From Octopus bimaculoides (lineage: Eukaryota), in NCBI RefSeq assembly GCF_001194135.2, contig NC_068995.1, forward strand, positions 55,310,725 to 55,374,724: 64,000 nucleotides of DNA, in the 5' to 3' direction. The first letter of the stretch is position 1; each line of letters starts with the position of its first letter. The notes beneath the pieces are model-generated. The model had not been told where the DNA came from, made no database searches, and saw nothing but the letters and a program-made list of their open reading frames with translations. The translations under genes and the position numbers were made by a program. Below are positions 38,326-51,060 of this stretch, piece after piece.

Positions 38326-39042
38326 GGAGACTAAATAAAAGTTGTGAAATATGGTAAATCGTATTGTTTATTTTACCCAAATTTCGCATAATGTTTGAAA
38401 GTACTTTGTATTGAGTTAACTAAAACGTACCTACAAAACCTGCAAATGAGAAAAAGTAGTCATCTTACCTCAAATTCTGACCACTTTTTCTAATTAATTA
38501 ATTCCTAAATCTCTCGTGCAACACTGCACTATCAAATCGTTTCAAAAATATTTGCAGCGCAACGCGTTGAAATGTCAAATGGAACTCAGCTTACAGCATT
38601 CCAATTTGGAATTAAAAAAGCATTATTCAATAACTTTTACCAACAAAGATCAGCACGTGTTTCATTGGTAAAGGACGCATGCGTGTGTGCATATGTATGT
38701 CTCTTTATTCGATATATAATGTTTTCATCCCTTCAGATAATCATAAATAAAACTAGTAGAATCTATGAAAAATGTAAATTTATATTCTAGAAGCAAGCAC
38801 AGATAAGGAATAGAATCGGAGACTATTGTCGGCATAATATTAGATAAGAAAATATGTATATGGACAATGATGATACTAATATAATGCGCAAGGAAAAATA
38901 ATCATGCGTCAAACAAACAATTGTAAAATACATAGAAACAATGTTGAAAGAGACTTTTTTCAGGCAAACTTCCCTATGTATGTGTGCGCATGAGCGTTTG
39001 TATTAATGATACATATAAACGTGTGTATGTGTGTATGCTACG

Positions 39043-39112
<70 letters not shown>

Positions 39113-40003
39113 NNNNNNNNNNNNNNNNNNNNNNNNNNNNNNNNNNNNNNNNNNNNNNNNNNNNNNNNNNNNNNNNNNNNNNNNNNNNNNNNNNNNNNNN
39201 NNNNNNNNNNNNNNNNNNNNNNNNNNNNNNNNNNNNNNNNNNNNNNNNNNNNNNNNNNNNNNNNNNNNNNNNNNNNNNNNNNNNNNNNNNNNNNNNNNNN
39301 NNNNNNNNNNNNNNNNNNNNNNNNNNNNNNNNNNNNNNNNNNNNNNNNNNNNNNNNNNNNNNNNNNNNNNNNNNNNNNNNNNNNNNNNNNNNNNNNNNNN
39401 NNNNNNNNNNNNNNNNNNNNNNNNNNNNNNNNNNNNNNNNNNNNNNNNNNNNNNNNNNNNNNNNNNNNNNNNNNNNNNNNNNNNNNNNNNNNNNNNNNNN
39501 NNNNNNNNNNNNNNNNNNNNNNNNNNNNNNNNNNNNNNNNNNNNNNNNNNNNNNNNNNNNNNNNNNNNNNNNNNNNNNNNNNNNNNNNNNNNNNNNNNNN
39601 NNNNNNNNNNNNNNNNNNNNNNNNNNNNNNNNNNNNNNNNNNNNNNNNNNNNNNNNNNNNNNNNNNNNNNNNNNNNNNNNNNNNNNNNNNNNNNNNNNNN
39701 NNNNNNNNNNNNNNNNNNNNNNNNNNNNNNNNNNNNNNNNNNNNNNNNNNNNNNNNNNNNNNNNNNNNNNNNNNNNNNNNNNNNNNNNNNNNNNNNNNNN
39801 NNNNNNNNNNNNNNNNNNNNNNNNNNNNNNNNNNNNNNNNNNNNNNNNNNNNNNNNNNNNNNNNNNNNNNNNNNNNNNNNNNNNNNNNNNNNNNNTATAT
39901 AATTTATTTATCTATTTGCACGTTGATTTCACGAGCAAGCTCTTCGGTTGTTGATCGGATCAACTGGAACCCGTAACTGACGGAGTGCCACGATATATAT
40001 ATG

Positions 40004-40104
<101 letters not shown>

Positions 40105-41789
40105 CATTTATATAGAATATATATGGATGTAGGTATACATATACATATACGCTATATGTACAGAAAGAGATTCATGACTCGTAATCAATCACTTCGTCGG
40201 CCTTCATTCCTATAGAGATTTATTTATAAAGCTCGTTCGTTGAACTGCATATATACAGCTTCACTGTTAATTGAAGAGAGCGGTCCCATGCTTTGGGGGA
40301 GTTTTTGTTTTTGTTCTTTTTAATGAGTTGTCCAGAATTTGGTTTTGTCCCGAATGTGATTTTCTGCAGGGTATTTAATTACCTATGGAGAGGCAGATAA
40401 ATCAGTATTGCAACAATGGATATACATTCATGATATCTAGATATTTAGATTGCTATATATATATTAAAAGTCGTGTATATATATATATATATATACATCA
40501 ATCCGCGTTATTTACACAGATAAATGCATATAGACATATTTATACATATACATACACACACATATATACATACATGCACACACAGAAAACCCCCACACGC
40601 GCACGAATACACACACTCATATACATATATATATAACGTAGCGGAGTGGTGAATGTGTGTAATACAGGCCATACATCAGGCTATGTCTAACCTAATAGCC
40701 TCAAATACATAAATACCTAGATGAATACCTAGATAAATAATTATGTAGGTGTAGAATGGAATGTGATGTGAGGTGGGGGATAGTAGATACATTTACAACG
40801 ATTTTCAGATGTTTTGATTAAAACTTCATTCTGTCTATAGCTATAAATCATTAATGGCCTTTTGTTATCTGTGAGCTTCTGTTTCTGTTTAACTTTATCT
40901 TTTTTTGTAATCTTAGTAATATAATTTTTGTTTTGTTCACAAGAAAATCGATTAAATGCTTTTCTTTCATTTTCCTTCACATTGTTTATGTTTGGTGTTG
41001 TGTAAGTTTTTTTCGTCTAATTTTATTGGTTGTTTTATAATAAGCTCTCTTGAAAACATATGAACATATTTATTCCTATACAACCTATAACCAAACGTAA
41101 AACTCACCGGGTTAATGAATATTCAAACAGATTTAAGTCTACCAATAACAATTAATCGTATTGTATATCACAGTATATTATTTCCCTAACTTGATAGATA
41201 ACATAACTCTCCCTAATTAATTCATTTTAGGTGAGACATTTTAAAAGTCGAACATAATATTCTGGAGTTCATAATTACAATACTCTACCGCAGCCTGAAC
41301 GTAACAAGATGGCAGAAATGGTAAAGTGTGCGTAATGCAGATGGACTCTAACATGGTTTATTTTAATCATCTCTTCCTCTTTAAGTTCGAATACCCTGTG
41401 GATGAAATATATGCACGCATATTCATCAATTAGACGTTACAAATACATAATACAGTGACAATGTACTTTACGATGTTATTCATAGATTTCATTACATTTG
41501 GTCAAGTTGATGAGATAGAGTTTGTCTTTTATATTCCGGCGAATCTTAACTAGCGGTAAAGATCTACATGTGTCTGTTGCCAATGTAGCAAATATTCGTT
41601 GAGTTGATCCACGTTATGATGATGAATTAGCTTTAAAGAAAATGTCATTCCTGTAAGCACTGGGAATCCACTTTGATCAGCAATTATCCGTTCGTATAAT
41701 ATATGAGAACAAAGTAGCATAATTTCTGCTATAAAATATTAAATAACTAGATATGGCTATTCCAACTATGCTCTACAGTTCATTATTTA

Positions 41790-42090
41790 CATTATTTACA
41801 TTTGACGGATATTTGTCCTCATCTTGTTTCAAGGAGTTCCCTTAAACATACTGGCATTGTGTTTGATCTTCCAGAACTGCTTGCCAGACAATGCCCAGCG
41901 TTCACAAATTGAACCCGTAAGGTCTCCAAGCTGAAGAAAATAAAACAAAAATGTTGCTGCTGTTGCGAACATGTGTTCACTCCCAAAGCAAAATCAACAA
42001 GTACAGCACTTTTTTCGCTCATGCCCACAAGATGTATAGAGACGAGCCAAACTATATACTCGTTCGCATACATGCGCGCACACAAAGGTA
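41790..42090 (+). mobile_element. RTE-clade LINE C-terminal remnant
   Basis: Frameshifted SLKHTGI...ELLAR, then GLQAEENK...STFFAHAHKMYRDE..ILVRIHART, aligns by eye to SLK..GI..WE.LA.DR / G...E..R..STF.C..C.K..SRIGL..H.R. Confidence 0.55.
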
Positions 42091-43099
42091 GATACATTCT
42101 TTTATCCACGTGACACGTATAGACAAACCAAATTATACATACCCACTCTGTAAGGAAAATTATGCTTACCGATCTGTACATATTAGACTCAGGATGAACA
42201 CACTAACTCTGAAAGAAGCATTCTCTTCATAGCCTCTACGGAAACACATAAAACACTTTTAATTCATACGATCAGTAACACAAGCTTCCCCTATTGCTCT
42301 TGTTCATACGATTTTGCCTTTTATCCTCGTTAACTTTCAGTCATAAAAGTCAGTAGTAATGTTCAACATGAATAGACGCAGACCAAAATACAATTCTCCA
42401 TTGAAGTAGAAAGGTGCCAATGTATAATCTATGAAATGTTATAGACAATCATATCAAGCAAATTTCTGAAGTTGGTAACCATTCACTTCCCTACTTCACA
42501 GATACTAAAAAAATTTTATATATATATTGAAAAAAACCTATACCTCTTTTGTTAGCATGTGCATATAAATCTGGAACAATTAAACCCCTACATTACATAA
42601 TTACTTCATACTGAATGCACAGTTAAAAATACAATATTCTTCACCCTTAACACAAAATTACTGTTCAATATTTTGAATGAAAAAAGATGACGTTAAACCA
42701 ATGGCTGATACGGAATAGATAGATATCTGGTTAAGAGAAAACTTCGTCAAAACCCGTTATACACAATATATCCATTCATTCAATTGTCGACGCAAACGTT
42801 TCTTTATTCTCCTGAAAAAGTAAAACTATACAATGAGGGTTGGATTCACGAACAATAGCTCAAAATTGAAAAAAGGTTAAATTGTAATTCTTTTTCACCT
42901 AAAAATATCCAGATTAAGGAGATAATGCATTTTCTATGTTGTGAATCTGCTAAAAATCCCTATGCCTATTACATTTTATTTACTAAATAGTTATATGAAA
43001 ATTTGATCTATAAATTTCGGGAGAAAGTAGTAGAAAGATTTTTACCCATACAGTGTTAAAGAAATGGTATATGGACAAGTGAGCTCGAAACTTATTCTT

Positions 43100-44150
43100 C
43101 GTACAAATAAGCAAGCTAATTGACTCTCAGAGTGCGTTCTAGCAATAAATTCACGAAAATAAATTTTGGAGCTGGGATAATAATTTAAAGAAATACGTTG
43201 AGGTATAATAATTCTTGTCTCAAAACTTCAAACATGGCTCCGATTTTTTATTAACAACATAGAATTGACTAACCTCATATATATATATATATATATATAT
43301 CGGTTTGTCATCATCTAGCGTTGCTGTACCTTCTCCCTCATATACGACGGATTTAATCATACATCCTAGGTCGAGTGGGCACTTCTCCTGGATCTCGACA
43401 GTTACAGCTGGGAGTGGGCTCCTGGTGTAATGATGCTGCTCATTATGGGGCAGCAGTTAATTAATAATAATGTCACTGGGCGCCCGTTAAATATTCCCTG
43501 TACTTGTGATTTTCTGGAAAATGTTTGTCTAAGAGAAACAGGCATGTTTTACCCATGGTAGTTTTTACATTAAGTGAAAAGATGGGGAGGTGGACCAAAT
43601 TATTTTCTTAGGTCTATTTTGAGGTCTATTATTCTTATTCCTTTTAATATTAAGGAGTTATACATTAATTTATCCTTAAAGCCACCACTATTGGCTAGTG
43701 CATTGCTGACGTAGTGGGCTGCTTTCTCAAAAAAGTGAAAGAGAGGTTAGAGATTCTGTTACTAATCTTAACTATCAGGTTTTCAGATACTATAGTGGGG
43801 TGACAAAGTTTCTCGTTCGCTTCATGGGGAGGTTTATTTATAAGAGGAACATATCAGGTCTAGAGAAAGATCAAAAACATCAATTTTAGACTGATTAGTA
43901 GCGACGAGTCACCAGACAAGTCACATCTGCACTTAAGTTTCTCTCCCGCGAGGCAGCGATGCACAATGGGTCAAAAGGAATGTAGGGAATGATAATGAGT
44001 CTCATGCATTTCATTTTCTTTCCCTCTTATTCTTATAAACTCTAAGGAGAAAAATGTATTCCTCAAGTAAATCCAGTGCATTTACCGGCAATCTGTTGAT
44101 GACATTAGGTAACCGAATATTGTGAAGGAGCTTTAACGGCATGTCACAAG
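43100..44150 (-). mobile_element. Penelope-like element remnant (RT linker + GIY-YIG endonuclease)
   Basis: Minus translation: NRPKKIIW.TSPSF.LNVKTT.GKTCLFLLDKHFPENHKYR.IFN (cf. RKIIWFNPPFS.NV.TNIGK.FL.LIDKHFP), CNCRDP..CPLDLGCMIKSVVY, then Y.RLV...KNRSHV*SF beyond a (TA)n array. Confidence 0.75.
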
Positions 44151-44482
44151 GCGTGTAAAATTGTTTATATATGTACGTATAGATTATGGGTTATGACACA
44201 CGTATGCCAACACATATACATTCTATGCTTGCGCGTGTGCATACACCTTTACAGTTTTAATGTTTCAGTTTAGACATTATATTTCCTTCATATAATTTTT
44301 GCAAGAAATCGATATTTTCTTTCTTACTCACGATATTTTGCAATTTTATCGTGTTTTAACATTGCTCCTTAGTGCATTTCAGACTGCTGGTCGTTGATAA
44401 AACTTTATTTCGCATAATTTTAATTTCTTAATAGACTTTATGCGTCAATTTTTGTCCAGGATAACGGATTGTCTATTAAAAT

Positions 44483-44595
44483 AACTGCCTTATGATTTCT
44501 AGTCTCGTAACTAGCAGAATCGTTAGCATGCTGAACAAAATGCTTAATAGCACTTCTTCCGGCTCTCAACGATATGATTTCAAATTCCTCAAACT
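44483..44595 (+). mobile_element. SINE 5' fragment (third family)
   Basis: gcagaatcgttagcatgctgaacaaaatgcttaatagc...gatttcaaattcc. Confidence 0.6.
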
Positions 44596-46867
44596 CAATT
44601 TTATCTTACGTGCCTTCGGAAGGGGTTGCTACAGTGAAGCACTGTGATCAACATAATCAACTTTACACTTTCCCTGAAAATTGCTGCCTTTGATCCCCGT
44701 ATCAGTCCGGCATCAGTCAGGGTGATTTTGTTGTGATCTGGATAAATTATGCGCCATGGAAACCGGGCACTCGGACTAAGGTGACCTACCGCTCAAGAAA
44801 ACAATATAATATTTGTCGAATATAGAATCTTATTCTTCTGCGATTATGCTATCTAAATGTAATAGCAGATAAATCTCACAAACATTGTGATCTACCTTCT
44901 TCAAGAGAAAAAAAAAATAAACGAACTGATGGGACAATCAGGGCTGGAAAGATTTTATGATCGTTTGCTTGGTTTTCAGTTTTACTGTATTTATGAACAC
45001 TCACAAAAATATAACCAAGTACTAGATAGATACTATATACACCTGCCTTCAGAATAGATCTGCTAGGGAAAGTCCCAGCCGACCCGGTTAAACTATAACT
45101 AACTCATTGTACGTTTCCGCCAACTGCAACAGATTGATAAAAGTTCCGAGATCCTCGTAAGATTTGAACTCTGTAGTTGATAGAATCTAAATACGTCAGA
45201 CTGTAGCCTGATGTTTTAGTAGTTCTGCTTTCTCATTTTTCCTAGTCTAGTATTGATATACACCGACACAATTATATCAGCCTTTTCAGAACATTACTAT
45301 AACCATCGAAATGTTTATCAGTATTTTACTGGTAAGCTTAGATACCATGTTCATGTGGAAATCTAGTTATGAGTGAAGAGGAGTAAAGCGAAACATATTT
45401 AAATTGGAGATAACGAAAGATGAAATATAAATAATCATAATGCTCAGTATTCTGCATTCTAAACATTGTCCGCCCTTTAAGTTTTAATTCCAGAATCGTG
45501 TCACAACTAGAAATCCTAAGTTTTGCAATGCATCGCATTTACAACTACTTCAAATGCAAATTCGAACTCGTTTTACTTTGTAAAAGATTTTTCGCAATTT
45601 TTCCATACCTAGTCATTTCTTGGAGTCAATCTTTTTGTAAAACTATCAATATATACCTAGGATTTGACTATGTGGAACGAAGCGGAGCCAGCTGACATAT
45701 TAGAAAAAAAAATTGATCGTACCTAATTTGATCGTATGTTTATCATTTACATCACAAACTCATTTCTTCATAACTAGTGAAGCGGGTGTGCTAAAGTTTT
45801 ATACTTACCGAAGCGTTTAACAACGGACTCATTACGGAGATTATAGTGTGTACATTCTCAGGATATAGATACATCTCGGCAGACAGGATGATTGAGCGCT
45901 AAATGTATTCGTTACGCACGCATTGCATACTCAGATACAGGATATAGAAGCAATCAATCATTCCACAAGTGTATTGATGTGATATCAACCTCTTCAGTAA
46001 CAATGCAGCCACGACGTATACATGTATGGAGTGTGAGTCTCTATATGCTTGTATGTGAGAGTTAGCATGTTTGTATTTTACAACTCCAATTTTACCGATC
46101 TTCTCACCAAATAAATGCGTATGTCTGTGAAAATATATTCTATTTCATATCACCTTCGGTCGATTTTCAGTATTTCATGTACTTTATGTTAAATTTGAAA
46201 TATTTTACAAAGAACTACTAGAAATAAAATTTTTATGCGAAATTCTATTTATTTAAGGTAGGATGGAATACACTTTTTCAAAATTTTCTCTCAGGCAAAC
46301 ACGCCTTTTCAAAATTTTTGCATTCAGCTTCTCAGAAACATTTTTGCCGAAAAGCAAAAGGAATTTAAAAACATTTTTTTATGTGAACACTAATAAAGTT
46401 TTTGAAATGCACATATTTAACAAGTTTAGAATTCCTGCTTCTTTAACCATGTAATCAATCATGCTATTTTTGCCAGTGCCCTTAATACATAATGTATTGC
46501 TTCTAAAATCAATTCATGCCATCTACCTCTAGCTAAAATTGACTTCTTTGGAGACAAAGTGGAGCATTGAAAAAAATTCAAGCCGCCACGAAGCAAACGT
46601 TGCAGTTAGTTTCATTCTTAAAAAGGAAAAAATATATGTATATTTTTCTTTCTTTAAATGTTTTTATAATTGTTAGAATTCACTTAGAGTTTAGAGACAC
46701 AATTTAGATTATGGAAGGTTTCTAATTTTCAGTCATACATTTCTTACTTCATTTCCTTCGAATACGATGGTGCAAGTCATCACATCTTTTTCATTTATTT
46801 GCGAAAGAAAATGCTTTCGAAATATCCATTTACTGTACTCACATCTTTAGCGAATGCCCGGAATTGG

Positions 46868-47000
46868 CACAACACGAATACAAACGACATCATGACAATT
46901 AGTCAAGAATGATCCATTGGAAGCTTTCTGGAAATCGCGGCGTACAAAGAGCAAAATCGTGGTATGAGCTAATTCCAGAAGGAATCACCGAAAATGAGAA
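46868..47000 (+). mobile_element. Short Dong/R4 zinc-knuckle fragment
   Basis: ECPELAQHEYKRHHDN followed by RMIHWKLSG (cf. ECPKLAQKEYKRRHDNV..IHWKLC). Confidence 0.65.
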
Positions 47001-47674
47001 TTGCCAAATATGTGGCATTTAACATGTGGGTGTGAGTGTGCGCGTGGGCGCATGGCATGTGTCTATAGCTGTGTGTGTGTATTTTCTGTTATAGCTGACT
47101 GGCAAACAATGTTCGCTTAAGTACATCATTGTCTTTCTCGTGTGCATGTTATAACGTTACGACTGTCTCCATTGGTATGATTGTTCTTCATAAAATCATT
47201 ATTACTTCATCGTTTGAAATATTTTACATTACGGAACTGACCTCTCCTCCTTCCCTCTAATCACTATCTATAAAAACATTTGTGCCTTCCGTGTACTTTT
47301 CTGAGGAGGCGAAGCTGAAAGCTAAAGCTACTTCCTTTGTTTCTAAATGCCAGAAAAGAAAATAACTTTTTCCAACGTAAGCACTCTTTTTTTATTTTTT
47401 GTTTTATATTGTTCAATTTAAATTGGATTCCTATTTTAGAAACAAAAATTCTAGCTACTTCACAAATACTGAAATGAGAAAACAAAACACATTTTTCACG
47501 AAGATTCACCTGGTACTACTCCACGCTTAAGAACTCCTAAAAGACAATCTCTGAATATAACAGCAGTAATCACGTCATCAAGAACAACAACTACAGCAAC
47601 AGCAACAATAATAACATTGCTACTGCCGTTGATAGTAAAAGTAATCATTCTTTCTACTACGGACACAAGGGTTA

Positions 47675-47734
<60 letters not shown>

Positions 47735-47865
47735 ATGTTTGCCTTTCATCCTTTTAAGGTCAATAAATAAAGTACCCAATAGCACAATAGGGTCGATGTA
47801 ATCGACTAGTCCACTCCCACCAATTTTCAGACCTTGTGCCTAGAGTAGAAATAATTCTTGCAACG
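47735..47865 (+). mobile_element. SINE 3' half (third family) after a (GTA)n array
   Basis: ttgcctttcatcc...aaagtacc...gggtcgatgtaatcgact...aattttcagaccttgtgcctagagtagaa. Confidence 0.65.
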
Positions 47866-48436
47866 GCTCTCTCTGTCTCTACATCCACTTTGTGCCATAC
47901 AAGATAACAGTTCTTTATTTCTTATTGTTATTCGCACAAAGATGGATGTGGGTGCCGTGGGTTGTCACTGTGGGGTGAGTTAAGTATTTAATAAATGAAA
48001 CGTTTGTTCTGAATTTTAGATGTGTGTGTTTATCCGCTGTTCTTCCTTCTCGTGTGTGTTCATTGTTATTTCGTTTGTATATCTCCCTTTTATTGGTGTT
48101 AATGGAAGCATCGATAATGATGGTGTACTTCCTGTTTCGGATTTGCATAAATTGTGATCGATGTGGAGTCGGTGTTGTTTCGTGTTTTTCTTACTTAACT
48201 TTTTTGATATCTTTCTGTTATTTTGCTTCCTTCATCTACCATTTGCAACAGCAGAATTATGGTCGAAAGACTCCAATTCGGACTAGGCAAGGGCATGCTT
48301 TCTCATGTGTATGTGTTGGTGTGTGTGCGTGTGTCTGTGTGTAGAAGGTGGAAAAATAGGAGCCGGGAGAGTACTGAGTTTTACAACTGATTGTAATCTT
48401 GTGCAAAAGCTACTTGAAAGACTGAAGAGTTACCCA

Positions 48437-48515
48437 GTTGCCTGGCAACAAACGTCATCGAGATAATTGAAGGATGTGACTGGTATAAAAGGGTGAGGTG
48501 CACAGTCATTACGTC
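48437..48515 (+). promoter_or_regulatory. Candidate core promoter: palindromic RFX X-box, CRE-like site, TATA box, Inr-like site
   Basis: GTTGCC-T-GGCAAC at 48437-48449, AACGTCAT at 48451-48458, TATAAAAG at 48484-48491, TCATT at 48506-48510. Motif match only; no expression evidence. Confidence 0.3.
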
Positions 48516-48757
48516 TAAGGAAGTTTACTAAGAAAGTTAATGCATAAACATAAGCACATCTCTTCATGTAGCAACGTGGGAATCTGTAAATATTGTGAGG
48601 ACAATGTCCATATGGTCACATCCGACATTTCGGTTTCGTAATTCATATATAATTCTTGAGTCAAGATACGAAAAATCATGTATAACAAAAGCAACGATGA
48701 CGACGACTGTGGTGTTGTTGATGATGATGGTGATGATGGTGGTGATGGCGGTGATGG

Positions 48758-48794
<37 letters not shown>

Positions 48795-49611
48795 AGCGGC
48801 AGCGACAATGTTGAGAAGAAGAAGAAGGCGCAGGAGGAGAAGGAGGAGATTAAGGAGCAGGAGGAGGAGGAAGAGAAGAAGGAGAAGGAGGTTTGTTTAT
48901 ATTTTAGGCACTGTAACTATAGTTACACTCGCTTCCCAACCACATATGTTTGCTGAGATGAAGATTAGGATTAATTCAAATTGTTCATCAACCAATCAAT
49001 TGATTTCTATTCATTTATTGCAACGGCTATTTATATAGAGAGACTGTATACAAACAGATAATGTCATATTATATTCGGTATTGTTAAAAATATTGAAAAC
49101 TCTGAAACTGGAATCCATAATTGACCAATATCTGACACGATTTCTGGAGAAACAATCGTTTTCATTCCACAATATTTTACACGAAATAGCTTTCATTTCA
49201 CACGCAACGAAATGTTTTTCAATTAGGTTTTGAATGCAAATTGAATTAAGAACCATTTATTGTTCTTTTCCATTTAAAATTTAATCGAGAACGGTCGTGA
49301 TTGACTTGAGATTAGGTTTCATGTTGCAAAATTCTTTTGTAGAGGCCGAAGGTGGAAAGACTTCCCACGTTCATTATTATAAAGCAATGCTATATACTCA
49401 CCACCTTTCAGCGATATCATTACTTATAAATAAACCGTTCCACTGGGGTGTGCAGTTTTACCTTTAGGGGAACTTGTCCCTTAAGTCTCTCTCATAAACT
49501 CGTATACAGCAAAGAATTCGGTTGGAAGGGACGGTTAACTGGCAACTTGGTCAGTTGCCTGTTATATCACCAACCTAAAAGACAGTTCTTTTCTAATATA
49601 TGTTGATGCCA

Positions 49612-49672
49612 AGGCGGCGAGCTGGCAGACAGGTTAGGACACCTGGCGAAATGCTTAGCGGTATTTCGTCTG
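49612..49672 (+). mobile_element. SINE head (third family), truncated
   Basis: ggcggcgagctggcaga...ggcgaaatgcttagcggtatttcgtctg. Confidence 0.7.
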
Positions 49673-50992
49673 TATAGATGTAAGAATGTATATATGTATG
49701 AATGTCTGTCTGTCAGTCTGTCTGTCTGTCTGTATGTATGTATGTATGTATGTATGTATGCATGCATGCATGTATGCAAATACATATCACAGTTTTCGAA
49801 AAGGAGATCAGAAAAAAATGAGTATTAGCACTCATTGACCTACTAATCTGGCAAATAGAAGGACGTTTTTCCATTGTTGAAAAGAAACTATAGAAGGGAA
49901 AGTTGTTCAGAGTAGTCTCCCATACCTTGCTTGATAAGTTTAAATTTATATATTTTTTTTTTTCCTCACGTATAATCCGAGAATATCGTGCGATATCGTA
50001 TAATATAATCTACTGTGTTTGAGTAAACATACACTCCTTTTAAAATTGGTTAATTAATTTGCGTAAGTTATGTTGAAATTGCTTTGTTCTATAGTTCTGT
50101 TTATTTTGTTTTGTTTTTTCTTATGTAGATTCACAAAGATTTAAAATATTGTGCTTTACAAGCGTATTAATTTGTACCAATACTGTTGACATGGCTCCGT
50201 ATGAATTTTAAGTGGATTAAAAAAAAATTTCAAACAAGACTTTCATTAGAGATGTATTGATTCAACTCTGTTAAAAACAATATAGTTATTTAATTTTCAA
50301 GGTATATTTTACAGTGTATATTTACGCTGTTTCCAGAAAACCAGAAAATCCAGATATCCAGGTCACTTCCGGATTTTTTGGATAATATCATTGTGTGCGG
50401 TCACATTAAATTATGTTATATATAGGCGAGGTACTAACGTTTATTCTTGTTTTGCAATTGGTTGTCTTAAGACGCACATTTCACTACTCCTTAAATCTCT
50501 TTCTGTTAGCTCGTCGTAGCCATCATCAAGCCAACCTATCATAATATTTATGGCCATCACCATCCAGTCCCTCTCGATACATTTTGTCTCCGATACATTC
50601 TCCAATGTATTCTTCCAACATTTTTTTGTTCGTCGTGTAAAGTTTGATTGACATAAGACGTAGCTACTATTTCTAATGAATGAAAAGGCTTCATAAATAT
50701 AATTTGCTAACTTGCTGTGTCTTAAATGAAGTACTGTTGTTATTTTGCCTGTTGTTTCTATGGTATTTTGAAGTTGCGATTCAACTTTTACACAAGACGA
50801 TTGTATACAGCACAAAGCTTTCTTGCCGTTGTCATTGCGTTCCTTACATTTTTCTAAGATGATAAGTTGTTATTATTCGGAGATTGTCCTTCTGCTTCTT
50901 CAAAGTTGAGTGAAAACGTAGAGCGCTCTCTCTCCCACCCTCACTCTCTCTCTCTCTCTCTTTCATTATCTCTCCCTTCCTCACTCCCCCCC

Positions 50993-51060
<68 letters not shown>

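Noticed and set aside
41834-41930. Overlapping strong exon candidates on both strands (GVPLNILALCLIFQNCLPDN... on +; LGDLTGSICERWALSGKQFWKIKHN on -), and a tempting spliced signal peptide MIGVPLNILALCL built with the 20168 exon
   Set aside because: A third reading aligns the whole stretch to an RTE C-terminus, and both joined exons are TE-derived. The phase match is easily obtained by chance.
46868-46972. Plus-strand exon candidate with good AG/GT
   Set aside because: Translates as a Dong/R4 zinc-knuckle fragment with an in-frame stop.
50480-50640. EYIGECIGDKMYREG peptide resembling a SET-domain segment (minus strand)
   Set aside because: Short, closed by stops, derived from a degenerate local repeat (gatacatt), and no other SET motifs nearby.
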